Position numbers and translations under genes: made by a program. The notes beneath the pieces are model-generated. The model was not told the origin of the DNA. It worked only from the letters and a program-made list of their open reading frames with translations, and searched no databases. DNA of 64,000 bases. It comes from Longimicrobiales bacterium. Lineage in GTDB: Bacteria; Gemmatimonadota; Gemmatimonadetes; Longimicrobiales; Gaopeijiaceae. Shown in pieces: positions 50,303-60,183 of this stretch. Position 1 is the stretch's first letter. Every line of letters starts with the position of its first letter. The DNA is taken from the NCBI GenBank assembly GCA_965203485.1, contig OZ241892.1, forward strand, positions 2,784,001-2,848,000, given 5' to 3'.

Positions 50303-51733
50303 TTACGCGTGCAGCGCCCTGCCCAGCGCCGCCAGGGCGCCCTCGGCGACCGCTTCCGACAGGGTCGGGTGGGGATGCATGGCGCGGTCGATCTCTTCGA
50401 CCGTGGACTCGAGGTGCCGGGCAACCACGAACTCGCCGATGAGTTCGGTGGCGTGCGGCCCCACGACGTGCGCGCCCACGATTTCCGAATAGCGCTTGTC
50501 GCGGATGACCTTGACAAAGCCTTCCGGCGTTCCGCCCGCGGCCAGCGCGCGGCCGTTGCCGACCCAGGGGAACTGGCCGATCTCGATGTCGAGGCCCTTG
50601 TCTCGGGCCTGCTCCTCCGTGAGCCCAACCGACGCCACTTCCGGGTTGCAGTAGGTGCAGTTGGGCACGTTGCCGTAGTCCACGGCGTGATGCCCCGCGC
50701 CGGCGATGTGTTCAGCCGCCACGACGCCCTCGTGCATTCCCTTGTGGGCCAGCAGGGGCGCGCCCGCGCAGTCGCCCACCGCCCACACGCCGGGCGCACT
50801 GGTCCGCATTGTCTTGTCCACGGCCACGAATCCGCCTGATTCGATCGTCTTCACGCCGGCCGCCGCAAGCCCCACGTCCTCGGTGTTGGGGACCCGGCCG
50901 ACGGCCGAGAGCACGTAGTCCACGTTCAGCTTCCTGGATTCGCCCTTCGCGTCCGTGAACGAAATCGACACGCCGTCGTCCGATGCTTTCGTCTCTTCCA
51001 CGCGAGCGCCGGCGAAGACGTCGATGCCCCGCTTCTTGAAGCTGGCCGCAACGGCCTTCGACGAATCCGCGTCCTCGACGGGCAACACCCGGTCCAGAGC
51101 TTCGACGACGGTGACCTTGGCGCCGTAGGCGTTGTAGATGTCGGCGAACTCCATGCCGACCGCCCCGGCGCCCACCACCACCAGCGACTCCGGCGCCTTC
51201 CGCTGAAACAGCGCGCCGGTGGACGACCAAATGCGCTCCTCGTCGATCTGCAGGAAGGGCAGGCTGCGAGGCCGCGACCCGGTGGCCAGAACGATGTCGC
51301 GCGCGGTCAGCACGGTCTTGTCGCCGTCCTTCTCCACCTCCACGGCGCCGTCGCCCAGGAGCCGGCCATAGCCGTCCACGCGCGTCACGCCGTTCTTGCG
51401 GAAGAGGAACGCAACGCCCTTCGAGAGCCGGGCGGCCACCTTGCGGCTGCGCGCCTGGGCCGGACCCAAGTCGGTGGAGAAGCCCTCCAGCACGATGCCA
51501 TGACCTTGGGCGTGGGCGAGTTCGTTGACCAGCAAGGCGCTGCTCAGAAGGGCCTTGGTCGGAATGCAGCCCACGTTCAGGCAAACGCCGCCCAGCTTGT
51601 CCGCCTCGACGCAGGCGGTGCGAAGCCCGAGCTGCGCCGCCCGAATCGCCGCGACGTAGCCGCCCGGGCCGCCGCCCACGACCACGACGTCGAAATTATG
51701 GTCGTTCTCGGGGCTGCTGGTCACGGCGAACAC
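50303..51733 (-). CDS. lpdA: Dihydrolipoyl dehydrogenase
   Basis: GGGPGGYVAA; GGVCLNVGCIPTK; LAHK; HPHPTLSE. Confidence 0.96.
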   Translation of the reverse strand: MFAVTSSPENDHNFDVVVVGGGPGGYVAAIRAAQLGLRTACVEADKLGGVCLNVGCIPTKALLSSALLVNELAHAQGHGIVLEGFSTDLGPAQARSRKVAARLSKGVAFLFRKNGVTRVDGYGRLLGDGAVEVEKDGDKTVLTARDIVLATGSRPRSLPFLQIDEERIWSSTGALFQRKAPESLVVVGAGAVGMEFADIYNAYGAKVTVVEALDRVLPVEDADSSKAVAASFKKRGIDVFAGARVEETKASDDGVSISFTDAKGESRKLNVDYVLSAVGRVPNTEDVGLAAAGVKTIESGGFVAVDKTMRTSAPGVWAVGDCAGAPLLAHKGMHEGVVAAEHIAGAGHHAVDYGNVPNCTYCNPEVASVGLTEEQARDKGLDIEIGQFPWVGNGRALAAGGTPEGFVKVIRDKRYSEIVGAHVVGPHATELIGEFVVARHLESTVEEIDRAMHPHPTLSEAVAEGALAALGRALHA

Positions 51734-51900
51734 CTTTCGTGGAAGATGCGGGCGAGGGGCAATGCGCTCCCCGACCGCGACGGCTCGACCGGAGCGCCGT
51801 CGGCGGCCGGTCGCTCGCTCGGCGCGGGACGCGGGCGCGCCGTCCGGCGGCCTCGAAAGCTACAACGACTCGCCCGGCCGGAGCTTGCGGGCGGAAGACG

Positions 51901-53397
51901 TCACCAAGGATCGCTTCGATGGATTCGGCCGCCCTTCATCACCCAGACGACGCGCTCCAGCAACGTGATGTCGTCAAGCGGATTGCCGGGCACCGCGATC
52001 ATGTCGGCGTACTTGCCGACCTCCACGGAGCCCACGTCCGCGTCCCAGCCCATGATCATGGCCGAGACGCTGGTGGCGGACGTGATCGCGTCCATCGGAC
52101 TTTGGCCGTTTTCCACCCGCACGGCGAATTCCCGCGCGTTGTGCCCATGGTCGAAGACGCCGGCGTCCGTGCCGAAGCCGATCGTCAAACCGGCGTCCAA
52201 CGCCCGTCGGAAGGAGGCGTTGCGGTAGCGCATCATCTCGGTCGAGCGCCGGATCTGCTCCTCGGGCACGCCGAGGGATGCGCCGTCGCGGGGTACGATC
52301 ACGCCCACGTAGAGAGTGGGCACGTAGTAGGTGTCGGCGCTGGCCGCGAGCATTTGCAGGGCCTCGTCGTCGAGCATGGAGCCGTGGTCGATCGTTCGCG
52401 CGCCGGCCCGGATCGCCGCCTTGATTCCTTCGGTGCCGTGCGCATGAGATGCGACGAAGCTGCCCCAGCGCGCCGCCTCCTCCACCGCCACCGCCAGCTC
52501 CGGGGCCGAGTATTGCTGGGCCCCCGGGGGCAGGCCCTGGGAAAGCACGGCCCCGGTGGCGAGGATCTTGGCGAAGTCGGCGCCGTGCTTGAAGTTGGTG
52601 CGTACCGCCGCCCGCACTTGGTCCGCGCCGTCGGCGAGGTTCCGCACCGTCGGCACGTCGACGTATATGGAGAACCGGCGGGCGTCCCCCGCTCCGCCAG
52701 TAGCGGAGACGTAGTTGCCCGCCACTTGCATCCTGGGGCCCGGCAGGACTTGGGCGTCGATCACGTCTCGCAGGTCCACGTCCACGTACGGCCACGTCGG
52801 CCCCATGTCGCGAACCGTCGTGAAGCCGGCCCGCAGAGTGACCAAGGCGTTGGCGGCGCCGTGAAGCGCGGCCGCGCCCGGGGTGGTCGTGACCAGCACG
52901 TCTTCCCAGTGGACGCCCACCTCGTCGGTCAAGTGGGTATGGAGGTCGATCAGGCCCGGCAGGAGGGTGGCGCCGCCCAAGTCGATCGTCCGGTCGGCCG
53001 CGACGGCTTCGGCTTCTTGTCCCACGGCGACAATGCGGTCGCCTTGGACCAGCACGGCGGCCGGCGTAGCGACGGTCCCGTTGCCGTCGACGAGTCGGGC
53101 GGCGCGAATGAGCGTCGTCGAATCCGCGCGAGCCCCTTGAGCGCGCGACGGACGGGCGATAGGCGTCGGTTCCGGCGACGGCGTCTTCGGTCCCTCGGGG
53201 GTCGCGCGCGCGCCGCGCGCCTTGCGAGCAACCGAGGCCGGCCCGGCGGCGCCCTCTCCGGCCTGCACGGCCGGGTGGCCGACGACGACGGGCGCGGCGG
53301 CCGCCGCCGGGGCCGCCGCGGCGAGCGGCGCCCACCATGCAACGGCCGCGACGCGCGTCGCGAGGACTGCAAGTCGTAGTGCGCGGAATCGGTCCAC
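51901..53397 (-). CDS. Secreted amidohydrolase (Xaa-Pro dipeptidase-like); start uncertain
   Basis: LPGLIDLHTH; AGFTTVRD; SHAHG; FGTDAG; GKYADMIAV. Confidence 0.85.
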   Translation of the reverse strand: MDRFRALRLAVLATRVAAVAWWAPLAAAAPAAAAAPVVVGHPAVQAGEGAAGPASVARKARGARATPEGPKTPSPEPTPIARPSRAQGARADSTTLIRAARLVDGNGTVATPAAVLVQGDRIVAVGQEAEAVAADRTIDLGGATLLPGLIDLHTHLTDEVGVHWEDVLVTTTPGAAALHGAANALVTLRAGFTTVRDMGPTWPYVDVDLRDVIDAQVLPGPRMQVAGNYVSATGGAGDARRFSIYVDVPTVRNLADGADQVRAAVRTNFKHGADFAKILATGAVLSQGLPPGAQQYSAPELAVAVEEAARWGSFVASHAHGTEGIKAAIRAGARTIDHGSMLDDEALQMLAASADTYYVPTLYVGVIVPRDGASLGVPEEQIRRSTEMMRYRNASFRRALDAGLTIGFGTDAGVFDHGHNAREFAVRVENGQSPMDAITSATSVSAMIMGWDADVGSVEVGKYADMIAVPGNPLDDITLLERVVWVMKGGRIHRSDPW

Positions 53398-53964
53398 AGG
53401 AGGACAGGGCGGCGTGAGGGTAGGTGGTCGCGCCGAAGGGGTGGCGCGGCGGGTGTTGCGCTCCGCCCGGAGCGCCGGGGGAAAGCGGTTGTCCTGGGGC
53501 GCACTGTCCGCCACCGGCTCGCGAACGTCACCGCAATCACAGCCGCCTGCATTCGGCTCCCGTTCACCTCGTGCGCAACTCCGCCTCGATCCCTTCGCCC
53601 GCCCGGTTCACGTTGAACCGGACGCTGGGCGAGGCCGAGGCCGAGGCCCCAAACGCCGCCAGTGTAGCCTGGGCGGGGACTCCCTCGCAAGCCGCCGGAC
53701 CTGGTCGAGCTTCAAACCAACCCAACACCGTCCGAGGGTAGGCCAAGAGGGATGTCCTCCCCTTGCGTTGGTCGCGGGCCGCTCACGCGAGGCGCCTCGT
53801 TGAACGCGCGACGGCCGGGCGGCCGAGGCGCCGGGGCGTTGCCGGGCGCGGCGTTACTTTCCATAAGATCGCGTGGCCGCGCGCCCGAAGGCCGACGGCC
53901 GGCTTTGCTCGATCGGCGCGCGACGCCCATGCGCGCCCGGCGCAGGTCGCGGAAGCCGCGCCGC

Positions 53965-54933
53965 ATGACCGAATCCACCTTCGCCGCCAAGCCGGAGGCG
54001 ACAAGCGTGACCAGTTCGCGAGGCCCCGGGCCCGCGCTCGGGAAGCCATCGCGGATGCGCGCGCAAGAGGACGGGCCGCCGATTCGCGTGGCGTTGCCGA
54101 AGGGCCGGATGCAGGCGGCCGTGCTGGCCTTGCTCGCCGACGCGGGCATCGCCGTTCGGCTGGCCGAGCGAAGCTACCGTCCTTCTCTTTCCTGGCCGGG
54201 GTTCGAGGCCAAGTTGCTCAAGCCCCAAAACGTCGTGGAGATGTTGCAGGCGGGGTCGCGGGACGTCGGCTTCGCCGGCGCCGACTGGGTGGCCGAGCTG
54301 CAGGCGGACTTGGTGGAGCTGGCGGACACGGGGTTGGACCCGGTGAGCGTGGTGGCCGCCGCGCCGCGGACGACTGCCGCGAGCGGCGAGCTTCCGCGGG
54401 ACCGCGCGCTGGTGGTCGCGTCGGAGTACGTGCGCCTGTCCGGCGAGTGGATCGCCCGCGAGTCGCTGAAGGCCACTCTGGTGCGCTCCTACGGCGCAAC
54501 CGAAGCCTTTCCGCCCGAAGACGCCGACGTGATCGTCGACAACGCGGCCACCGGCGCCACCCTAAGGCGAAACGGCCTGGTCGTCGTGGACACGCTGATG
54601 CGTTCCTCCACGCGTCTCTACGCGAACCCCGGTGCGCTCTCGGACCCGTCCAAGGGACCGGCGATTCGAGACGTCGCGCTGCTGCTCGGCTCGGTGCTGG
54701 AGGCCCGCAACCGAGTCATGCTCGATTTGAACGTGTCGGAGGACGCCTTCGAAAGAGTGATCGCCGCGCTGCCTTGCATGCGCAGGCCCACAGTCGCGCG
54801 GCTGCACGGCGAGGCGGCCTATTCGGTGCGGGCCGCCGTCCCGCGCCAGGGCCTTCCGGAACTGCTGGTGCGCATGCGCGCGCTCGGCGCGACGGACTTG
54901 GTCGTGGCGCAACCCAGGCAGATCGTCCAGTGA
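53965..54933 (+). CDS. hisG: ATP phosphoribosyltransferase (long form; start 53965 or 54055)
   Basis: VALPKGRM; GFAGADWV; SYGATEAFPP; TGATLRRNGL; C-terminal regulatory domain. Confidence 0.93.
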   Translation: MTESTFAAKPEATSVTSSRGPGPALGKPSRMRAQEDGPPIRVALPKGRMQAAVLALLADAGIAVRLAERSYRPSLSWPGFEAKLLKPQNVVEMLQAGSRDVGFAGADWVAELQADLVELADTGLDPVSVVAAAPRTTAASGELPRDRALVVASEYVRLSGEWIARESLKATLVRSYGATEAFPPEDADVIVDNAATGATLRRNGLVVVDTLMRSSTRLYANPGALSDPSKGPAIRDVALLLGSVLEARNRVMLDLNVSEDAFERVIAALPCMRRPTVARLHGEAAYSVRAAVPRQGLPELLVRMRALGATDLVVAQPRQIVQ

Positions 54934-56666
54934 GCGGCTCCGGCGCGCCGACCACCGGCGCACGCCCTCCCGGCCTCCTCGACCTCGGCCTCAACGAAGG
55001 CGCGCCGCCCCCGGCCGAACGCCTGGAACGCCTAGCGGCCCGCGGCCCGCAGCTCTTCGCCAAGTACCCCGACCCCGCACCGCTCGAAGCGGCCTACGCG
55101 GCGTTTCTGGGCACGAATCCGCACCACGTCCTCGCGACCACCGGCGGCGACGACGCCATCGACCGCGTGATTCGCGCCTACGCGGGTCCCGGCCAGGAGC
55201 TCGTCTTCCCGTCGCCCACGTTCGAAGTCATTCCGCGTTGCGGCCGCTTGGCCGGCGCGACGCTGGCGCCCGTCGCCTACGAATGGGGCGCCTCGCCGCT
55301 CCGCCCCGTCCTCGGCGCGGTGACGGACCAGACCGCGGTCGTCGCGGTCGTGTCGCCCAACAATCCGACCGGTTGCGCGATGAGCCGGGGAGATTGGCTG
55401 GAGCTCGCCGACGCCCTCCCCGAGCACGTGGTGCTGATGGCCGACTTGGCGTACGTCGAGTTTGCGGACGCCGACCCAACGCCGGCGTTGCTGGCGAGGC
55501 CCCGCGTGGTGATGATCCGCACGCTGTCGAAGGCTTGGGGGATGGCCGGGCTGCGTGTGGGCTTCGCGGTGGGCGATCCCGGCCGCATCGCGGAGCTTCG
55601 CGACCACGGCGGCCCGTTTCCGGTGACCGGTCCGGCCGTCGCGGTCGCCACGGAGCAACTGGACGGCGGCGTGGACCGAATGCGCCGGTTCGCGGCGGCG
55701 GTGCGCAGGCGGCGAAGGCGGCTGGCGCAGCTGCTTCGCCAAGCCGACGGCGAGCCGGTCCCGTCCCAAGCCAACTTCGTGCTGGCACGGTTCCCGGACG
55801 TGCGCTGGATCGCGCGCGGCCTCGGGGCGCAGGGCGTCCGCGTTCGCCTGCTGGACGGCCTGCCCCGGCACGCGCGCGTCGCCGTGCCCCCGGACGATGC
55901 GGGACTGGACCGCTTGGCCCGCGCGCTCGGTTGCCTGCGGGAGCCGGACGCGCTGCTGTTCGACATGGACGGCGTGCTGGCCGACGTCGGACAGTCGTAC
56001 CGCGCCGCGATCGTGGCCGCATGCCGATCCTTCGGGGTGGCGGTCGGACGCGCCGAGATCGATGCCGCCAAGGCCGGCGGCGGCGCAAACGACGACTGGG
56101 CGCTGACCCACGCGCTACTGGAGAACGCGGGCGTCGGCGCGTCGCCGGCCGCCGTGCGCAACCGCTTCGAGGAGGCGTATCAAGGCGCCGAGGACGCCCC
56201 CGGCCTGCGACGCTTCGAGACCTTGATCCCGGATCGCCGGTGGCTGAGCGAGTTGGCCGGGCGCTTTCGCCTTGCGGTGGTCACGGGGCGGCCGCGGCGC
56301 GACGCTAGCCGCTTCCTGGAAGAACACGGCTTGGCGAGCCTCTTTCGCGCGGTAGTATGTCGCGAGGACGCGGCTCTCAAGCCCGACCCGGCGCCCGTGG
56401 CGCTCGCGTTGCGGCGGCTGGGCGTCCGCTCCGCCTGGATGTTCGGCGACACGCCCGACGATATTCTTGCGGCCCGCGGCGCGGGCGTCGTCCCGGTGGG
56501 CGTCGTGCCTCCGGGCGCCGGCGGGCCGATCAGGGCGGCGTTGCTGGACGCGGGGGCCGCGCGGATCGTGGACGCGGACGACCGCGACGCTTGGAGGGCG
56601 TTGCGCCTCGCGGCCGGCCGGCCATCGCGCGAGACCGTCCCCGTCCGCAAAGGGAGCGCGCAATGA
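54930..56666 (+). CDS. hisC: Fused histidinol-phosphate aminotransferase + HAD phosphatase
   Basis: SPNNPTG, DLAYVEF, RTLSKAWGMAGLRVG; then FDMDGVL, KPDP, GDTPDD. Confidence 0.9.
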   Translation: MSGSGAPTTGARPPGLLDLGLNEGAPPPAERLERLAARGPQLFAKYPDPAPLEAAYAAFLGTNPHHVLATTGGDDAIDRVIRAYAGPGQELVFPSPTFEVIPRCGRLAGATLAPVAYEWGASPLRPVLGAVTDQTAVVAVVSPNNPTGCAMSRGDWLELADALPEHVVLMADLAYVEFADADPTPALLARPRVVMIRTLSKAWGMAGLRVGFAVGDPGRIAELRDHGGPFPVTGPAVAVATEQLDGGVDRMRRFAAAVRRRRRRLAQLLRQADGEPVPSQANFVLARFPDVRWIARGLGAQGVRVRLLDGLPRHARVAVPPDDAGLDRLARALGCLREPDALLFDMDGVLADVGQSYRAAIVAACRSFGVAVGRAEIDAAKAGGGANDDWALTHALLENAGVGASPAAVRNRFEEAYQGAEDAPGLRRFETLIPDRRWLSELAGRFRLAVVTGRPRRDASRFLEEHGLASLFRAVVCREDAALKPDPAPVALALRRLGVRSAWMFGDTPDDILAARGAGVVPVGVVPPGAGGPIRAALLDAGAARIVDADDRDAWRALRLAAGRPSRETVPVRKGSAQ

Positions 56667-57262
56667 CCGCCAGGGAGAGAAGGGGCCGCGTGGTCCGCGG
56701 AACCAACGAGACCCGCGTCAGCGTGAACCTCCTCGTGGACGGGACGGGCGAGGTCAAGGCCGATACCGGCATCGGCTTTCTCGACCACATGCTGACGACG
56801 CTGGCCTTCCACGCCGGCTGGGACCTCGACGTGGCATGCAAGGGCGACCTCGAGGTCGACGATCACCACACGGTGGAGGACGTGGGGCTTGCGCTCGGCG
56901 AGGCCGTGCGCGAGGCGTTGGGCGGCCTTTCCGGCTTGGCGCGCTTCGGAAGCGCCCACGCGCCGCTGGACGACGCCCTGGCCCGCGCCGTGGCGGACTT
57001 CTCCGGGCGCGCTTGCTTCGCCGGCGACCTCGGGCTCGCGCGCGACCGCCTGGGCCGCCTCTCCTGCGAGAACGTCCCCCACTTCTTCCGATCTTTCGCC
57101 CACGCCGCCGGACTGACGCTGCACGTGGACGTGATCCGGGGAGACAACGACCACCACCGCGCCGAGGCCGCGTTCAAGGCCCTGGCGCTGGCGCTGGAGG
57201 CCGCGCTCCGGCCCGCCCTGGGCGCAGCGCGACGCCCCCGTTCGACCAAGGGAAGCCTGTGA
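56663..57262 (+). CDS. hisB: Imidazoleglycerol-phosphate dehydratase
   Basis: TGIGFLDHML; DDHHTVED; NDHHRAEAAFKA; STKG. Confidence 0.95.
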   Translation: MTARERRGRVVRGTNETRVSVNLLVDGTGEVKADTGIGFLDHMLTTLAFHAGWDLDVACKGDLEVDDHHTVEDVGLALGEAVREALGGLSGLARFGSAHAPLDDALARAVADFSGRACFAGDLGLARDRLGRLSCENVPHFFRSFAHAAGLTLHVDVIRGDNDHHRAEAAFKALALALEAALRPALGAARRPRSTKGSL

Positions 57263-57885
57263 TTCAGGGGTCGCGCCACGTCACCGTCGTGCGCACGGGC
57301 GCGGCCAACTTGGCTTCGGTCGTGGCCGCCTTCGAGCGGCTGGACTGCACCGTCTCGCCGGCCAACGACGCACGCGAGGTGGCGCGGGCGGACCGGCTCG
57401 TCCTGCCGGGCGTGGGTGCGTTCGCCGCCGCCCGCGGGCGCATCGAGACCGACGGAGTGGTGGGAGCGCTCGGCGAGCGCATCGAACGGGGACGCCCCAC
57501 GCTGGGCATCTGTCTCGGGATGCAGCTGATGGCCGAAGGCAGCGCCGAGGCGCCGGGCGCGGCCGGACTCGGCATCCTGCCCGGCCGCGCCGCCCGGTTT
57601 GCCGCGGACGCCCCCCCCGCCGTCGCTTCGCTTCGCGTTCCTCAAATGGGCTGGAACGTGGTGGAGCCGACCGCCGGCTGCCGCGTGGTGTCGCGCGGCT
57701 ACGCCTACTTCGCGAACTCGTACCGCCTTTCCGATGCCCCCGGCGACTGGCATGCCGCATGGTCCAACTACGGCGGCCGCTTCCTCGCGGCCGCCGAGCG
57801 CGGCGCGACGGTGGGATGCCAGTTCCATCCCGAACTCTCCGGCCGCTACGGCGCCGCGCTGCTGTCGCGATGGCTCAGGGCCTGA
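57259..57885 (+). CDS. hisH: IGP synthase glutamine amidotransferase subunit
   Basis: LPGVGAF; GICLGMQ; VPQMGWN; QFHPE. Confidence 0.95.
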   Translation: MIQGSRHVTVVRTGAANLASVVAAFERLDCTVSPANDAREVARADRLVLPGVGAFAAARGRIETDGVVGALGERIERGRPTLGICLGMQLMAEGSAEAPGAAGLGILPGRAARFAADAPPAVASLRVPQMGWNVVEPTAGCRVVSRGYAYFANSYRLSDAPGDWHAAWSNYGGRFLAAAERGATVGCQFHPELSGRYGAALLSRWLRA

Positions 57886-57959
57886 CCGCCCCGCCCGGTC
57901 CGGAGCGCCCGATCGTCCCGGCGCACTCCTCGGCGACGGCGCGACGCGCGAAGCACGCG

Positions 57960-58781
57960 ATGCTTGACCGAGCCTCGGGCGCCTCCCCCGCCACCCTTCC
58001 CGCCAGGGTCGTCCCCTGCTTGGACGTGCGCAACGGCCGCGTCGTGAAGGGCGTCAACTTCCAGGGGCTCGCGGACCAAGGAGACCCCGCGACCCTGGCG
58101 GCGGCCTACGAGGCCCAAGGCGCCGACGAGCTCGTCTTCCTCGACGTGACCGCGACGCCCGACGGACGCGCCGCCCGCACCGACGCGGTCAAGGCCGTCC
58201 GCCGGGAGCTCTCCGTGCCGCTCGTAGTGGGCGGCGGCGTCTCGGCAGTCGGCGACGCGGCCGCCCTGCTGGAGGCCGGAGCGGACAAGGTGTCCGCCAA
58301 CACGGCGGCAGTGCGGGACCCCCGCCTGCTCGAGAACTTGGCCCGCCGCTTCGGCATTCAGTGCGTGGTCGTGGCGGTCGACGCGGCGCGCGCGCCAAAG
58401 ACGTCCATCTGCGAGAGCGGCTACGAGGTGGTCGTCCGCTCGGGCTCCACGCGCACCGGCCTGGATGCCGTCGCCTGGACGCGGAGGGCCGTCGCGGCCG
58501 GCGCAGGCGAGATCCTGCTCACCAGCTTCGACCGCGACGGCACCCGCGGCGGCTACGAGACCTCGCTCCTCGAGCGCGTGCGGGCCGCCGTGGACGTGCC
58601 GATCGTGGCCTCCGGCGGCGCGGACTCGCCCGCGCACATGGCCGAAGCCGTCGCCGCCGGGGCCGACGCCGTGCTGGCCGCGTCGATCTTTCACAGCGGC
58701 GCCTGGACCGTGGAGCGCGTAAAGCAAGCGCTCGCCGACGCGGGCGTCCACGTACGCCATCCCCATGGAGCGAAGCTTTGA
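57960..58781 (+). CDS. hisF: IGP synthase cyclase subunit
   Basis: RVVPCLDV...VVKGVNF; GADELVFLD; GAGEILLTSFDRDG; LAASIFH. Confidence 0.95.
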   Translation: MLDRASGASPATLPARVVPCLDVRNGRVVKGVNFQGLADQGDPATLAAAYEAQGADELVFLDVTATPDGRAARTDAVKAVRRELSVPLVVGGGVSAVGDAAALLEAGADKVSANTAAVRDPRLLENLARRFGIQCVVVAVDAARAPKTSICESGYEVVVRSGSTRTGLDAVAWTRRAVAAGAGEILLTSFDRDGTRGGYETSLLERVRAAVDVPIVASGGADSPAHMAEAVAAGADAVLAASIFHSGAWTVERVKQALADAGVHVRHPHGAKL

Positions 58782-60058
58782 TCGTCCCATCCATCGACTT
58801 GGCCGGCGGACGCGCCATTCAGCTGGTGCAGGGCCGCGAGCAAGCTCTCGACGCCGGCGACCCGCGCCCCATCGCCGAACGGTTCGGCCGGGTCGGGGAG
58901 GTCGCAGTGGTCGATCTGGACGCCGCCCTGGGCCGCGGATCGAACGCCGAACTCGTCGCGGAGCTCTGCCGCTTGGTCTCGTGCCGGGTGGGGGGCGGGA
59001 TTCGAAGCCGCCAGGACGCGGCGGCTTGGTTGGACAGGGGCGCGGCAAAGGTCGTGCTGGGGACGGCAGCCGTGCCCGAGGTGCTGGCCGGCCTTCCGCC
59101 CGAGCGCGTGGTGGCCGCGTTGGACGCGTGGGAGGGCGAGGTCGTCGTGAAGGGCTGGACCGAACGCACCGGGCGAAGCGTGCTCGAACGCATGCGCGAG
59201 CTGGATGGCTTGGCTGGAGGCTTCCTGGCGACGTTCGTGGAAGGCGAAGGCATGATGGGAGGATTTCCGCGCGACGCAGTCTCCGAGCTGGCGGAAGCGG
59301 CCGGGCCGGCGCGGCTCACGGTCGCCGGCGGCATCACCACCCCGGAGGAAGTCCGGTGGCTCGACGAGCGGGGCGCCGACGCGCAGGTCGGCATGGCGCT
59401 CTACCGCGGCGCTCTGGGCTTGGCGGAAGCGTTCGCGGCGCCCTTGCGCTCCGATCGCGAGGACGGGCTGTGGCCGACGGTCGTGGCCGACGAGCGGGGA
59501 GTCGCGCTGGGATTGGCGTGGTCGGACCTGGAAAGCGTGCGCGCCGCCGTCGAAGAAGGACGCGGCGTGTACCGGTCCCGCCGTCGCGGTCTCTGGCGAA
59601 AGGGGGAGTCGTCGGGCGCTGTCCAGTCGCTTGTGCGCATCGACGCCGATTGCGACCGGGACGCGCTCCGCTTCACCGTCGCGCAGTCGGAACCCGGCTT
59701 CTGCCATCGCGGCAACTGGACTTGCTTCGGACCGGCGCGCGGGCTCGCTTCCCTTGAACGGAAGGTCTTGTCCCGCCTCGCCCGAAGCGAGCCCGGCTCG
59801 CTCACCAACCGGCTCCTCGAGGACGCGAGCCTGCTGCGCGGCAAGTTGCTTGAAGAAGCCGACGAGCTGGCGGACGCCGAGGGCGCCGAACGCGCAACCG
59901 AGGAAGGCGCGGACCTGCTGTACTTCGCAACCGCGGCCCTCGCCCGGTCCGGCGCGCGCCTGGCCGACGTGGAGCGCGAGCTGGACCGGCGCGCCGGCAG
60001 GATCGGACGCCGGACGCCGAGCGAACCCAAGGGCGCCGGCCTGGCGCATCGATCGTGA
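58778..60058 (+). CDS. hisIE: Fused HisA-HisI-HisE
   Basis: IVPSIDL, VDLDAA, VGGGIR; SRRRGLWRKGESSG, DCDRDAL, CHRGNWTCF; KLLEEADE, ADLLYF. Confidence 0.9.
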   Translation: MIVPSIDLAGGRAIQLVQGREQALDAGDPRPIAERFGRVGEVAVVDLDAALGRGSNAELVAELCRLVSCRVGGGIRSRQDAAAWLDRGAAKVVLGTAAVPEVLAGLPPERVVAALDAWEGEVVVKGWTERTGRSVLERMRELDGLAGGFLATFVEGEGMMGGFPRDAVSELAEAAGPARLTVAGGITTPEEVRWLDERGADAQVGMALYRGALGLAEAFAAPLRSDREDGLWPTVVADERGVALGLAWSDLESVRAAVEEGRGVYRSRRRGLWRKGESSGAVQSLVRIDADCDRDALRFTVAQSEPGFCHRGNWTCFGPARGLASLERKVLSRLARSEPGSLTNRLLEDASLLRGKLLEEADELADAEGAERATEEGADLLYFATAALARSGARLADVERELDRRAGRIGRRTPSEPKGAGLAHRS

Positions 60059-60183
60059 GAGCCGCCACGCCGAAGCAACCCGCGGGCACAAGCCCTTGAC
60101 GGCGTCCGGCCTGGAGCGTCCGTCGTGAGCATCTCCGCCGCGCCCGTCCGCTCGGGCCCGGGCCGCACCGCACAGGCCCCGCG

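Noticed and set aside
53520..53960. Possible his attenuator leader or small ORF upstream of hisG
   Set aside because: No His-codon run or terminator seen; the 60-aa minus-strand ORF has no recognisable motif.
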